The notes under the pieces were generated by a model that was given only the letters and a program-made list of their open reading frames with translations, made no database searches and had not been told where the DNA came from. DNA of 53,395 nucleotides, from the NCBI RefSeq assembly GCF_001194135.2, contig NC_068987.1:27399215-27452609 (forward strand). The letters run 5' to 3'. The position numbers and the translations under genes are program-made. This document shows, in pieces, positions 37,590 through 50,607 of this stretch. Position 1 is the stretch's first letter, and each line of letters begins with the position of its first letter. The DNA is from Octopus bimaculoides. Lineage: Eukaryota.

Positions 37590-38350
37590 ATAATGATGGC
37601 TTCAAATGTTGGCACAAGGACAGTAATTTCTGGATATGGAATAAGTCGACTAGCTCGATACTTAACTTGCACTTGTTTTATCAATACCAATATGATAAAA
37701 GGCAAAGTCAACTCCGGCGATATTTCAGCTCATTAGGCCAGATGCATTTTACCCAGCGCGGTAACATTTCTGCCAGCTCGTCGCTTTGTCTCTTGCGGTA
37801 ATGTCGATTTAAAATTTTTGCACAAAGCTAGCAATTTAGTGGGGGAGGTATATATTGATCACATCCATCGTTATTTTTAACTAGTATTTTATATGTCCCG
37901 AAAATGATAAAAGTCAAAGACGACTTCGTCGGAATTTGAACTCAGAACTTAAAAACGTCTGAAGATTTGAGATGCTTACACTATCGATTTGTTGTAATAT
38001 TGGTTTGAATTTTTGGCACATGGCCTGCAGTTTCATGGGAAGGAGAAAGTCGATAACATCAACCTCAGTGCTCGACTGGTGCTTATTTTGTCGAGTCCGA
38101 AGTGATGAAATGCAAAATCGACCTCAGTAAGCATTTCAATTCAGAACGTAAAGTCGTCATAAGAATTGAGATACTGCAGTGTCTTGCTGTAATGTTGATT
38201 TCAGAATGTGGCACAGGGCCTGCAGTTTTGGGGGCGGGGTAAGTCACTTACATGGACCTCATTTTTCAACTAGTACATATTCTATTGTCTGTAAAATGAT
38301 GAAAGGCAAAGCCTGGAACGGCATAATTTGAAATCAGAATGAAAAGACGA
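37590..38350 (-). mobile_element. Four consecutive degenerate SINE type B copies (about 37590-37790, 37800-37960, 37995-38155, 38190-38350)
   Basis: Each has (T)TGGCACAAGG-like start, AAGTCGA, AAAGGCAAAGTC and GAATTTGAACTCAGAAC-like blocks in the same orientation. Confidence 0.8.
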
Positions 38351-39231
38351 ACGATAAAGTAAAATGCAGCGTCTTACTACAATACTAAATTTATTTCTAT
38401 TCAGAAATAATGACAATTTGTCTTTTTCTAAGGTTGTATTTGTATGCAGGTGTAAAATCAGGACAGATTAGTTTACATTAAAGATACTATAATTATTTTA
38501 CCTTCATCCCCCAATATATTTACAAAATCCGTCAGTAACGTTACATTCTTGTTGATGCTTTGCTCCACGTTTCTGTACTATAATAACTTCTCATACACTT
38601 GGTAATAATTGTATCATTGGAAATGCTGTTGCCTTTAACCGTTGTCACTTTAATGGTTTATGAAGCTATGCACTGAAAACTATGCAATGTGAACTTCCAT
38701 CTTAAATATAATTTGTTACTCCAGTTTCAGTAAGATGTATTCTCTAGTCTGTTGATGTCTTCTCGTGTATACTAAAACTTCTACATCTCTGCATTAAACT
38801 GTTTCACTTATGCATATGCACAAACAAACTCACGCACACATTAAAGCAGGAATTTCGAACAATTATTTGGCATTATTCCGCATAACATATGCTTCATTCT
38901 TTAAAATAATGCATTATTTTAATTCTCTGTCTGAAGAATTGCTAACAAGAGATTTTTACATGTTTTACATGTTTTTCTACATTTATACCTATCTAACTCC
39001 TACTAAGAACGAAACATGTAATGCGGATTAAATTATACCAAAAACAATTTTTTTCATTTTTTTCTGTTTTATGTAATTACTCTGCAATTAATAATTTTCA
39101 GTGCTTAACAGTAATGTCTAAAAATTTCAATTGTTATTTAAAATAAAACAACTACAAATATACTTTGCAGTTCTGGAATATGCAGTACTGTATCATGAGG
39201 ATACAACTTGGATTATTACGCACTCAAAGTA

Positions 39232-39295
<64 letters not shown>

Positions 39296-40529
39296 GAGAT
39301 TATTATTGGTTGAGTGGCAATTCAAGTGATTAAAACATGCAAAAGAACATGCCGGTATGTAGACACTTCAATTTTAAAAAATTGTTTCATTAAATAGTGT
39401 TGAAGTGGAATGAAGAATAGAACGGTTAAAATATACGAAGTTTATTAATAAAAATAAGAATTCATTAAGAATATAACAGGTAAAAGAGACTTTATCGAGA
39501 ACCTGAAAACATAGTTGAGAAGTGAGTTTCTTAACCATAGAGCGTTATCTCTGTCTCTCTTTCTCTTTGTATGCATATATAAGAACACACACACACACAA
39601 ACACGTGTGTATGCATGTGATTTTGTGCAGCATTTTCTACTATAACTAAGATTTTTCAGCGATGATATTTAGAGTCCTTTATATTGCATTTTAATGTGAC
39701 AGTAATATGTATTTATAATCTTTAACTGTATATGCTCCTAATATGGTTTACAAAAATAAACCAGGTGTTATACGATGTGAGTTTGAAGAAATTTTACGTA
39801 TATACTCATTGGTTCACAATTTATTTTACTGTTATGGTAAACTAAAATATGTTAGATCATGAGCTATGCATAGAGTAAAAAGAAACAGAAGTAGTTGGAC
39901 ATAAACAGAGATGAATTAAAAAGCAAAGAAATATAATATGGATACAGTAACACGGACACAAATAAAGAAGAGGTAGTAAATCGTAGAATATTAACTGAAT
40001 TAAGTTAACATTTGATATGATTAGATACGATATCGTAATGGGGAAGTTAACTGTTCTAGTTGTTGACTATTTCTCCGACTGATTTTTTCCCCTTGCATTT
40101 CCACATGCATATACTTCTATTATATATTTCCACATGCATATATTTCTATGAAAACGACAGATTTACGTTTTCTTTCGTTTCATTCCCGGTGTCACCTACA
40201 AGCAGCCATGAAATATTCAACAGATGTTTACGGCTTCAGTATACTGAGGTCTCGGAAATATTGTTTCTAATATGTGTTAGCCAAGTTTCCCTCAACAGTG
40301 TAAATTGAAATGTCATGTATAAGAAGGAATTAGTATTCTACAATACATTGCCGGAAAAGGAATTCCACATAGGTAGAGCATTCAAAGACACAACGAATGC
40401 TACGCCGAACAATCAATCAAGGGCGATATTTATTTTCTTATGTATATAACTCTGTCAATATGCATTTCAAATACAAGCCTTCTACTCTAGGAACATAGAA
40501 TAATTAAGAAGTGGGAGAATTACTCAGTT

Positions 40530-41995
40530 GATAAACTTGTATGTAAAAGTGAACTCTGTATTAGAAGAGTTGTAACGTATCTGGAGAAATGCAACTGATA
40601 TACATCCTATATGTATTAAAAAGATAGAAAATCCTTGTTGATTTGATATTCTTGAATTGAATGTTCCAAACAAGGCGAAAAGCCACTTAGCGTTAGGGAG
40701 TCTGTGAAAAAGGAGAACTACGAAAGCCATGAATTTACTTTCGACTTGAAAAGGTTTATTTCTTAAAACGAGGGAAAACAATGAAATGGAAGAGCGTTCC
40801 AAAGTCTGGCAGTTCGAGGAAGAAAGTTACTTTTGTAGGAAGAGTTAGATTATCGTGGAAGTGCAACAGCATCTGGATGAAATAGCTATGAGTTTTGAGT
40901 CGGGCGAAAGAGCACAAAGTGATCTGGGACTAAGAGAGAAAGTTCATCAGAGCACATCCTGTGGTAGTAACGATAGAATAGACTGAGGCTGACGACCGTC
41001 ATGTCGCTGTGATAAGGGCTGCAGAATTGAAGCAAGAAAGCGATCAATCAAATTAGAGGCTTGCTTCTGAATTCAGCCCAGGAAATCCAAGCTGACAAGA
41101 TCTGCTCCTGCCCAAATATGACGGCACCATTCCATACAAGAACAAATTGTGGACTAGGAACGTCATAGAATGGCCTCGAATGTGAAGTAGACCTTTGACC
41201 TAACTGGCTAAGTGTAAGAAACCACAATAGAGATCAGGTTAGAAATGAAGACCAAGCAATATGAAAGAAGAAACTTTCCTCTCGTGGATTGACTTTCTAG
41301 TGGATGGACTTTCTCATCATGTGATAACTCAGAGCTGTAACTCACGTATATGGTAGGAGCATAGGGATCCCGCTTCTAACTGAAAAACTTTAGTCTAGTC
41401 TTGCTAGCACTGAAAGTTAGTAGCCACGTCTCGCACCCTTTCTGAACAACCTACAGATCCGTCCCACGAATAGCAGCAAATTCCAACTGTTTCAATGGAG
41501 AGGGGTTCACACAAACAAAAAAAAAACAAATAAAAAAGAAGAAGAAACAGAATAAAGAGTAGTATTATCAGCATAATCGTTGATAAATTGAAGGATACTT
41601 GAAGGGAAATCGCTGAAGCAGAAGATAATTACAGATGGACCAAGAAAAGAGCTATGAGGAACATCGGCATTGATAGAATGCTCAGAATTAACACCGTCCA
41701 GAGTCACACGTACACAACGACCAGAAAGAAATGACCTGAGAACATCAAATAGCTTTCCAGTAATACCATTGGCAATCAGCTTACAGAGCAAACCTGCTTG
41801 ACAAATATTTTCTAAGACTTTGGATAGATCATGAGTTAGAGGACGAACCTCTCCTGATTAATCCATAAATCGGTAGATCCTGCCTGTAGTAACAGACAAA
41901 AGATCAGCGGTAGAGCGAGAGCCACGAAAGACGTACAGATCATCATGAAGACACCCTAAGCTTTCAAAATCTCTTAAAATCTTCTTGCGCTAGTG
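40530..41995 (-). mobile_element. CR1/L2/Jockey-group LINE RT fragment to the 3' end, decayed
   Basis: KLIANGITGKLFDVLRSFLSGRCVRVTLDG...INADVPHSSFLGP...YADNTTLY (GVPQGS and YADD motifs). Confidence 0.88.
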
Positions 41996-42361
41996 CCACA
42001 ATGAACACTATCTATCTCTAGTAAAATTGCGCTCGGCCAAACCTCGTCTTCTATATTTGCGTTACGTTCAATACTATCCGTAATGAGTCTCAATCACAAT
42101 TTCCGGAAGTTCAACTCTAAGCTTTTTCCTGAAACCACGTCATTCCCTTTTTTTTAAAACCTAAAATAACTAAATCTGATTAGAAACAAGGCAGATATTT
42201 TCAGATATAAACATGGTTTTAATCTTCTTTCAAGTACAAAATGAAAATTCCAAGAGTGACTCATTTCATAAAAATGATGCGAACAGGATTGGTGTTATCA
42301 AATGTATCAACAACTTGTTCCCAAGAGCTTTCACTTAAGTTTGGAAGAATTCATGTTATAA

Positions 42362-42550
42362 AGTTGGTTTAAAATTTTGGCCCAAGGCCAGCAATTCCGT
42401 AAAGGGAATAAGTTGATTATAACTACTCATTCCTCAACTGGTATTCATTTTATAGACCCTGAAAGAATGAAAGACAAAATCAATCTCAGCAGTATTTAAA
42501 TTCAGAACCTAAAGACGGGTGAAACATTGCTAAGCAATTTTTCTCGCCTT
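42362..42550 (-). mobile_element. Old SINE type B copy
   Basis: GGTTTAAAATTTTGGCCCAAGGCCAGC...CTGAAAGAATGAAAGACAAAATC...TTCAGAACC. Confidence 0.75.
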
Positions 42551-43737
42551 AAATGTTTTTGTGATGTCCGCAAGAGGAAATGTGATTCACATGCTGATTA
42601 TATTGACGAGAAAACCATTTCAGTTTCTTGCAGTTTGTCTATTTTAAGATTGCTTTAATTATGCTAAATAAAATGAGATTAATTCCAACAAGGTTTAATT
42701 ATTTTGTTATATATGGCGTTGTCATTACTATGGATAGATTGGTAAGCATAATAAATTTCAGAACAATTTTGTGCAAGCCAATAGAGGAATCATTTTTTTA
42801 AAAATATGACATAGTACTTATTTCAATATTTTAATAAAAATTCTAATTACCCTTTGAACTTGTATGTATGAGAATAGTAAATATATTAATATTGACTCAA
42901 TATAAATCCAAGTAGATTGTCTATTCCCTCGGAATTTAACGAGCACTCCTTGATAACAAATTTTGTATCATATATTCTCAACCTGCTTTGTTCCTAAGCT
43001 AGTCATTTAACACTCGATGTAATAGGCTAATTCAGAAATAATAATTAATATTATTAATGGATAAATGTTAGACATAAATATTTCTGATGTTAGAAATCAA
43101 TATTATTGATGGTTAAGCGATGTATGGCTACTGTACAATTTATGACAAGAGATTAATTATAAAAGAGAATTTTATTGCTTAGATGTGTGATCCATATTGA
43201 TTCAAAATACTAACGGAATAAATACTCTAACAGACAAATATTATATTTCTTATACTTTGTTATAATTGTTACAGTAATACTAAGTACACAGGCGGTGAAT
43301 ATTGAAAGAGTGATTTTAAATACTGACCGTTATTTAGGAATCGGTTACTTTTATATGTCTAGAACAATATCACAAATCATAAACTAAATGAAAAAAGTGA
43401 ACGCTTCATATATTTAATGTTATGTTATGTTTCGAATCAATAACCAATATGAGTTTTATAATTTAGAGTAAACGGAGGGATTAGCAGTTAATGCATAGAT
43501 TGTAATATAGGCACAATGTATATATTGATTTCTACTTAGTTTAACGATTTTAATTTAACGACCTTATGATCTTACATGAACGAAGGATGAAAAGCAACGT
43601 TGACACGAGGAGGATCTGAACTCAGGAAATATATTCATGTAACTAACTGCAACAATTATATTTGACTGACGCTCTTCTGATTCTGAAAATACAACACTTT
43701 TGACCATTAATTGTCGTTTTTAATATTGGCACGGCAC

Positions 43738-44158
43738 TTAAGGTGATGAGCTGGCAGATACGTTAGCATGCAGAACGAAATGCTCAGCGGTATTTCGTCT
43801 GCCGTTACGTTCTGAGTTCAAAATCCGCCGAGGTCGACTTTGCCATTAATCCTTTCGGATCGATAAATTAAGTACCCGTTATGCACTGGGGTCGATGTAA
43901 TCGACTTAATCCCGTTGTCTGTCCCCTCTATGTTTAGCCCGTTGTGGGCAATAAAGAAATAAGAAACGTTAGCACGCCGGGTGAAATGCTTAGCGGTATT
44001 TCGTCTGTTTTTACGTTTTGAGTTCAAATGCCGCCGTTGTTGACTTTGTCTTTCATCGTTTCGGGGTCGATAAATTAAGTACCAGTTGCGTACTGGATCG
44101 ATCTAATCGACTGGCCTCCTCCTCCCAATTTTCGGGCCTTGTGCCTAGAGTACAAAAG
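43738..44158 (+). mobile_element. Head-to-tail SINE type B dimer with a single 16-bp TSD
   Basis: Two monomers (about 43742-43962 and 43963-44163); AATATTGGCACGGCAC at 43722-43737 and 44159-44174. Confidence 0.9.
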
Positions 44159-45535
44159 AATATTGGCACGGCACATGATACTTAGAATGAGGGGCTGGCT
44201 ATTCGATTAAATTGACTACAATACCTGCTCTCTTACTTTAGTTTATCGACATCGGAGGAAAAGAAATTAACCTCGACAGGATTTGAATCCAGAAAATAAA
44301 TAACCACAACAGATTTGCAAATCTTTTTTTTTCCATACACTTTAAATACAACACCCTAAAAAATATTTCTAATATTGGCACAATATTGACATTTGTGTAC
44401 GTGGTTGTTCTATATCTTCGATACAAGAACATGACTGCTAATTTATTTTATAAAGTCTCGGAGGAAGAAAAGTAAAGTTAACTTCAACGGGATCTGTACT
44501 CAGAAGTTTGGGTAGCCTGAATCTAGCGATTCTTCCAGTCAGCCGCTCTAAAAACCGTTTCTAACATTGGGACAAGCCTTAAATTTGAGGGGTGAAGTTT
44601 AGTTGATTAAACGGAGTCCAGACCGTGAGTGTTACTTTATTTTATCAAGTCCTAAGAGATGACATTGTAAACTGATTTCGCTGTTATTTGAAATTAAAAC
44701 ATAAATCACGTCGTTAAATACTACTAGCAACATTGACTGTCGCTTTTCTGATCCGACCAGCGCACCAATCTCAAAGACTAAAATGTTAAATACGGACACA
44801 ATTAACAAAAACAACAACAGCAATCGTACAACGAGGGATATTGTTCTGCAAATTGTATCCAAACATCTGTACGAGTGAAAGCCACTTTGGATAATGTTTT
44901 CTTATTCTATACAAGAAAAGGACGGTATGTCCAGACATGCAGTTCTGCTAAATAGGAGATAACCTGTTATCTAGAAAGTAAAACTGAAACAACGAAAAAT
45001 CAGTAAGTACCCTATGAATAACTAATTAAATGGTTTAGAATTATGGCATAGCGCAAGAAGTTTTGGTTTATTTGGTGGGGAAGGAGAAGTCGATTACATA
45101 TTTGTCTAGTAATTATTTTTTGGAGACATACGAAATGTCGCTAAAGATTTTGCTGCCTGCTAAGGATTCTGTCATCTCACCTGTTTCATATATAACTCAT
45201 ATAATATATAAGGAATCCTGAATCCTTGAGTAACATTTAATTTGCAGAACTGAATCGCAAAATGGTTTTGGATTTTACTGATATGATATGTATTACATTC
45301 ACATTTGCAAACAAGAGATTTAAAATCATTATATAATAATGGTTTCAAATTTTCTCAAAAGGCCAGCAGCTTGTGGGACTGTGTATGTCGATTACATTGA
45401 CTTCAGGTTTAATTAGTACTTATCGAATTCCAGAGGACGAGAAGTGAAGTCGACGTCGGTGTAAATTTGAATTCAGAATGTAAAGACAGAAAAAATGACG
45501 GTAAGTATTTAAGGATTCAGCCAGTTAGCCAGCTT
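44159..45535 (-). mobile_element. Cluster of degenerate SINE type B copies (about 44159-44300, 44365-44550, 44555-44640, 45025-45180, 45335-45535)
   Basis: Recurrent TTGGCACA/AAGGCC, AGTCGATTACAT, TTATCGAC, AAGTCGAC...ATTTGAA(T/C)TCAGAA blocks. Confidence 0.65.
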
Positions 45536-45721
45536 CAGTTAATTATTTCATATGAAAATATTCAAAAGAATGCTCGAATTAGAATTTTTTTTTACCTAAG
45601 CATTCAGCAAGTTAATTATTGGGAAAACTATCAATAACATTGAAATGAAGTAGTTAAATATGTGAATACTATGCAGAATATAACAAAATGATGAGACGGC
45701 TTTTAAATATTATAATGTATA

Positions 45722-45757
45722 GGCACAGGAATGGATGTGTGGTAAGAAGCTTGCTTC
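45722..45757 (+). mobile_element. SINE type A head fragment (A box), cut before the B box
   Basis: GGCACAGGAATGGATGTGTGGTAAGAAGCTTGCTTC matches the start of the 1729 copy, then homology stops. Confidence 0.75.
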
Positions 45758-46664
45758 AATGACTACTGTGTGGACATGTTTTGCTTCGTTGCTGGAGTCA
45801 CGTCGCTGTATACCAACGTTGTGAATTATTGAAAAAGTGATGCACAGCTACAACGTAAGGCATTTTTATTTTGGGGGGGATTCGGTGGGTGTTTGTTGCT
45901 CGTGTTTATTTATTTTTGTCGAACAATAAATCTCCACTGAGTTCCACGCATTTGTCTGCTTGTAGTTGTGTTTAAAATCTCACTTAGCGGTGAGAAGTGT
46001 GTTTCGGGAGCGTATCACTCCTAAAATAGTGCTATTTTTTTTTGTGCCTGTTTTATGCCCTTTCCAGGAGGATTACCTATTTGGCCAGGAGTACCAAGAC
46101 GGCCAGAAGAATTTGCTGTGTTTTATGAAACTATTTCTTGTCTTCTTCCTTCCTTCATGTATTTTTGTTTTTTTTTAAATCTGAACCTTCGTTTTTTGTG
46201 GACATTTTAAAAATGAAAATATGGCAAAGAAGACATATGACGCTGTATTCGAGTGGGAGGACGGTGGTGCTGCAAACGTACTCCAAGTCGCTCGACGCCA
46301 TCGCCCTCTTTCAAAAGACACAAATTAAGAAAGCGTTAGCAGAATATTTGCCAACTATGAAATTTATCTCCAGGGGTCTGAAATATGCAGCGGTATGGTT
46401 GCTATTTGACACCCTTGGGGAGGCTCGGATATTTGGGAGCCAGCTCTTCGAGGGCAAAGAGATTTTGTTTCTGCCCACGTATTCTGGGAAGAAGTTGACA
46501 AGAGCTTGGGTCTGCGGGTTGCCACCCGGGATAGAGCCCTAGTGGACAGAGGAGACTATCCGCCGGGGTCTAGGTGGCAGCGTAACCAAGCTCCTCAATG
46601 TTAAAATTTTGCCTGCGGCTGATTGGATTGGGTCAAAAGCTGTTTTGACCCTGGGGACCTAATC
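45758..46664 (+). mobile_element. 5' end (UTR plus ORF1-like region) of an L1/Tx1-type LINE; runs into the gap 46665-47620
   Basis: ORF 46138-46542 continues past one TAG: RTVVL...WLLFDTLGEARIF...KLTRAWVCGLPPGIEP*WTEETIRRGLGG, resembling the tandem RRM-like segments of Tx1/L1 ORF1; GC-richer than flanks. Confidence 0.55.
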
Positions 46665-47620
46665 NNNNNNNNNNNNNNNNNNNNNNNNNNNNNNNNNNNN
46701 NNNNNNNNNNNNNNNNNNNNNNNNNNNNNNNNNNNNNNNNNNNNNNNNNNNNNNNNNNNNNNNNNNNNNNNNNNNNNNNNNNNNNNNNNNNNNNNNNNNN
46801 NNNNNNNNNNNNNNNNNNNNNNNNNNNNNNNNNNNNNNNNNNNNNNNNNNNNNNNNNNNNNNNNNNNNNNNNNNNNNNNNNNNNNNNNNNNNNNNNNNNN
46901 NNNNNNNNNNNNNNNNNNNNNNNNNNNNNNNNNNNNNNNNNNNNNNNNNNNNNNNNNNNNNNNNNNNNNNNNNNNNNNNNNNNNNNNNNNNNNNNNNNNN
47001 NNNNNNNNNNNNNNNNNNNNNNNNNNNNNNNNNNNNNNNNNNNNNNNNNNNNNNNNNNNNNNNNNNNNNNNNNNNNNNNNNNNNNNNNNNNNNNNNNNNN
47101 NNNNNNNNNNNNNNNNNNNNNNNNNNNNNNNNNNNNNNNNNNNNNNNNNNNNNNNNNNNNNNNNNNNNNNNNNNNNNNNNNNNNNNNNNNNNNNNNNNNN
47201 NNNNNNNNNNNNNNNNNNNNNNNNNNNNNNNNNNNNNNNNNNNNNNNNNNNNNNNNNNNNNNNNNNNNNNNNNNNNNNNNNNNNNNNNNNNNNNNNNNNN
47301 NNNNNNNNNNNNNNNNNNNNNNNNNNNNNNNNNNNNNNNNNNNNNNNNNNNNNNNNNNNNNNNNNNNNNNNNNNNNNNNNNNNNNNNNNNNNNNNNNNNN
47401 NNNNNNNNNNNNNNNNNNNNNNNNNNNNNNNNNNNNNNNNNNNNNNNNNNNNNNNNNNNNNNNNNNNNNNNNNNNNNNNNNNNNNNNNNNNNNNNNNNNN
47501 NNNNNNNNNNNNNNNNNNNNNNNNNNNNNNNNNNNNNNNNNNNNNNNNNNNNNNNNNNNNNNNNNNNNNNNNNNNNNNNNNNNNNNNNNNNNNNNNNNNN
47601 NNNNNNNNNNNNNNNNNNNN

Positions 47621-47688
<68 letters not shown>

Positions 47689-47691
<3 letters not shown>

Positions 47692-47910
47692 TTGTGTTTC
47701 TGTGTTTATTCGTCCACCATCGCTTGACAACATATGTTGGTGTGATTACGTCCCCGTTACTTAGTGGATCGGTAAAAGAAACCGATAGGATAAGTACTAG
47801 TTTTACAAAGAATAAGAGCTGGGGTCGTTTTGTTCGACCAAAGGCGGTGTTCCAGCGTGACTGCAGTCAAATGACTGAATCAAGTGAAAGAATAAGAAAA
47901 AAATAATATA
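47689..47910 (+). mobile_element. SINE type A 3' half following a (TG)n linker
   Basis: CCACCATCGCTTGACAAC...TACGTCCCCGT...AAGTACTAG...GGGGTCG...CAGTCAAATGACTGAATCAAGTGAAAGAATAAGAAAA; recognised from familiarity as the segment that follows the microsatellite of type A SINEs. Confidence 0.7.
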
Positions 47911-48078
47911 CATTATTATTAAAGCTGCAAAAACATTACAAAATATCACAAAAAAAAACTGCTGTCATCGGACAGTTTTGATTAAGAATATTACTCTACC
48001 TCCGGTATAAGAGTACTAATTTTTTTCCCCACCTTGTTCGCATTTACGCGCTTACTCAGGTATACACACACAAACATA

Positions 48079-48760
48079 TTGGGTCATCCCATGAATAAAG
48101 CAGTCTTTTTATACTGCTATTATTTTTCAAAATTAAGATAAACGAACTTTCTTTTTTAATCTAAAATATACTCTCCTTCAGTTCTCAATGTCCGGCGATT
48201 ATGGTGGGTGGGTCATCATTTCCATTCAAACTGCTCCAGCCTTTGGAATGTCATCCTCGGTGTATGTGGCCGAGCATTATCGGGATGGAAGAACCCCTTT
48301 CGTCATCAAACCAAAGATGGTAGTTTCTCTCCTAGTATAGGTGTCGATGAGTGATTGAATGACCAAATCGAAGCTTTTCTACTAGTCCTCAACAGTTACG
48401 ATGGGATTTTGTTCCACCAGGGTTTGCAGGATGTACTCGTCGAGCTCTACAGACACTGGCTTACGCTTATTGTCCGATACCCGTATACTGCATCAATATT
48501 CCTCGCACTTTCTGTTGCGTCGTTGCCTTTATTAAACTCATAAAGCAAAATATGCCAAATACGCTCCTTTGTCACTTCCATTATAGTTTTGAAAAATAAC
48601 TGTTAAAATCTATCTGTACTCTTCTAAATTTGCACTAACAATAAGTATAAGATAAAATTAGTTCTGCTTTTATAGCAAGTTGATGCAGGTAGTTTATGCT
48701 ATCCCTCCGACATTTAGTTCATGCAGTTGAAGAAACGGCATTATTTATGAGATGACTCCA
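48079..48760 (-). mobile_element. Internally deleted mariner element with TIRs and TA TSD
   Basis: TA-TTGGGTCATCCCATGAATAA and (reverse complement) TA-TGGAGTCATCTCATAAATAA; GNDATESARNIDAVYG, HPDNARPHT, HPP*SPDI motifs. Confidence 0.88.
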
Positions 48761-49950
48761 TATATATANNNNNNNNNNNNNNNNNNNNNNNNNNNNNNNN
48801 NNNNNNNNNNNNNNNNNNNNNNNNNNNNNNNTATATATATATATATTAATACATACACACATACGCACACACATACATACAGACACACACAAAAGCATAT
48901 GACAAAAGTATGCATCAAATACCTGCTCATTTGTGTATAGGTTTTGTGCAAGAAAAACACGTTAAAAGTAGGCAGGCGAATGTTACTCGGAATAATTTTG
49001 ATTGATTATTATCTGTTTTATCCTCATTAGATATTGTTTTTCAATATATCTTTAACCAATACATCTACTTTTGATGTCTATAGTGCTCCTTGAAACTATG
49101 ACATTAAAATACGTTTTAGGCAAGGCAAATTTCTTTGTTCGAATATATACTTGTGAAATCGTGCCTGCAAATTATGTTTGCTTGCTTCAATATTCTTTCA
49201 GGTGAAGTTTCATTTTCTTCACTGCTTGTTAGAATATTCTGTGTTTTATGTCAACCCAGACCATTGTATTTTAGCTAAGCGTTGGAAGACTAATAAAACA
49301 AACTTCTCTTCAGTATTCTCTAATACGCACACATTTTAAATTTCTCTTCAAAGTATATACTTCTTATTGAACATCTCTGGGTAAATATTACTGTCATGTG
49401 AAGAAAATAACAGAAAACAAATTGTTACACATTCAGCTTGGTTATTGATCCATCTCCTAAGTTTCTAGCAATAAATTAACAGCGATCCTGAGCCTTTAAA
49501 ATATTTTAGAAAACTTATTAATATTTAAAAAGTTACAATTCTCCATTTATTCATACAGAATTGTTTATTATTTTTTCCCTTTCAAAGGAGAATTGTTTCC
49601 TAAACTAAATTTATCCACAAAAATGTAATAACAAAAATATCGATATATGTTCACTCAGTATCTCCAGGTATTGTGTCATATTTTTATATGTCTGCTAAGA
49701 GTGCTTCTGAGGATTGCGTACAGTATAAAATCATGTGCACAAGCGTGACAACATTTTATCTCTATACCCAATATTATTAAGGATGCTGCAGGTAGTTTAG
49801 TTAACCATCACAAATCAATCAACATGCACAAAGAATGAGACTCGTATGCAACAAACGTTTATCATAAATTCTGGATATAAATTCACGACACTAAATGAAA
49901 AATCGCATAGGCACATACAATATACATGTACACAATACCATCTTTCTCTC

Positions 49951-49984
<34 letters not shown>

Positions 49985-50392
49985 AATCTCTTACTCAATC
50001 TCTCTCTGTCTCTCTCGAACACACTAAACACACGTAACTACGACGCAAGCACAGTATTTACGCACTCATTAGCTGTTACACACACGCGCCTGTTCACAAA
50101 TACATCTGATGCCCTCAGAGACAATACGTTAAGCAGACTAATGAAACACATGCATACACTTACACACACATGCACACACATACGAATATGTATACGCGCG
50201 TTCCCACGCATACACATAAACACGCTGACATACTCTTTATATTCATACATCTGCTTGCCCACGCACATACGTACGCACTTGCCCTTAGACACATTCTCAT
50301 CACACCCACACATACCTCCGCACACACCCTTGCCATCCACGCTGCCACCCACTTCTATACTTCCAGTCAGTTTAATATAAAATATCGAAAAG

Positions 50393-50607
50393 ACAGCGAG
50401 CTGGCAGAAACATTAGCACGCGGGCGAAATACTTAACAGTATATCGTCTATCTTAACTTTCTGAGTTCAAATTTCGCCGATGTCGACTTTACCTTTCATC
50501 CTTTCGGGGTCGATAAGTTAAGTACCAGTTGCGTACTGGTATCGATCTAGTCGACTGGCCCCCTCCCCCAAAATTTCGGGTCTTTTGCCTAGAGTAGAAT
50601 AGAATAT
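50393..50607 (+). mobile_element. SINE type B, full length
   Basis: GAGCTGGCAGAAACATTAGC...GAGTTCAAATTTC (B box)...CCTTTCATCCTTTCGGGGTCGAT...GCCTAGAGTAGAATAGAAT. Confidence 0.92.

Noticed and set aside
46630-46651. 9-bp hairpin GGGTCAAAA/TTTTGACCC at the contig edge
   Set aside because: Short, inside an ORF1-like region, no independent support.
49895-50380. 161-aa ORF and overlapping antisense ORFs
   Set aside because: (CT)n plus degenerate CA-rich low-complexity sequence.
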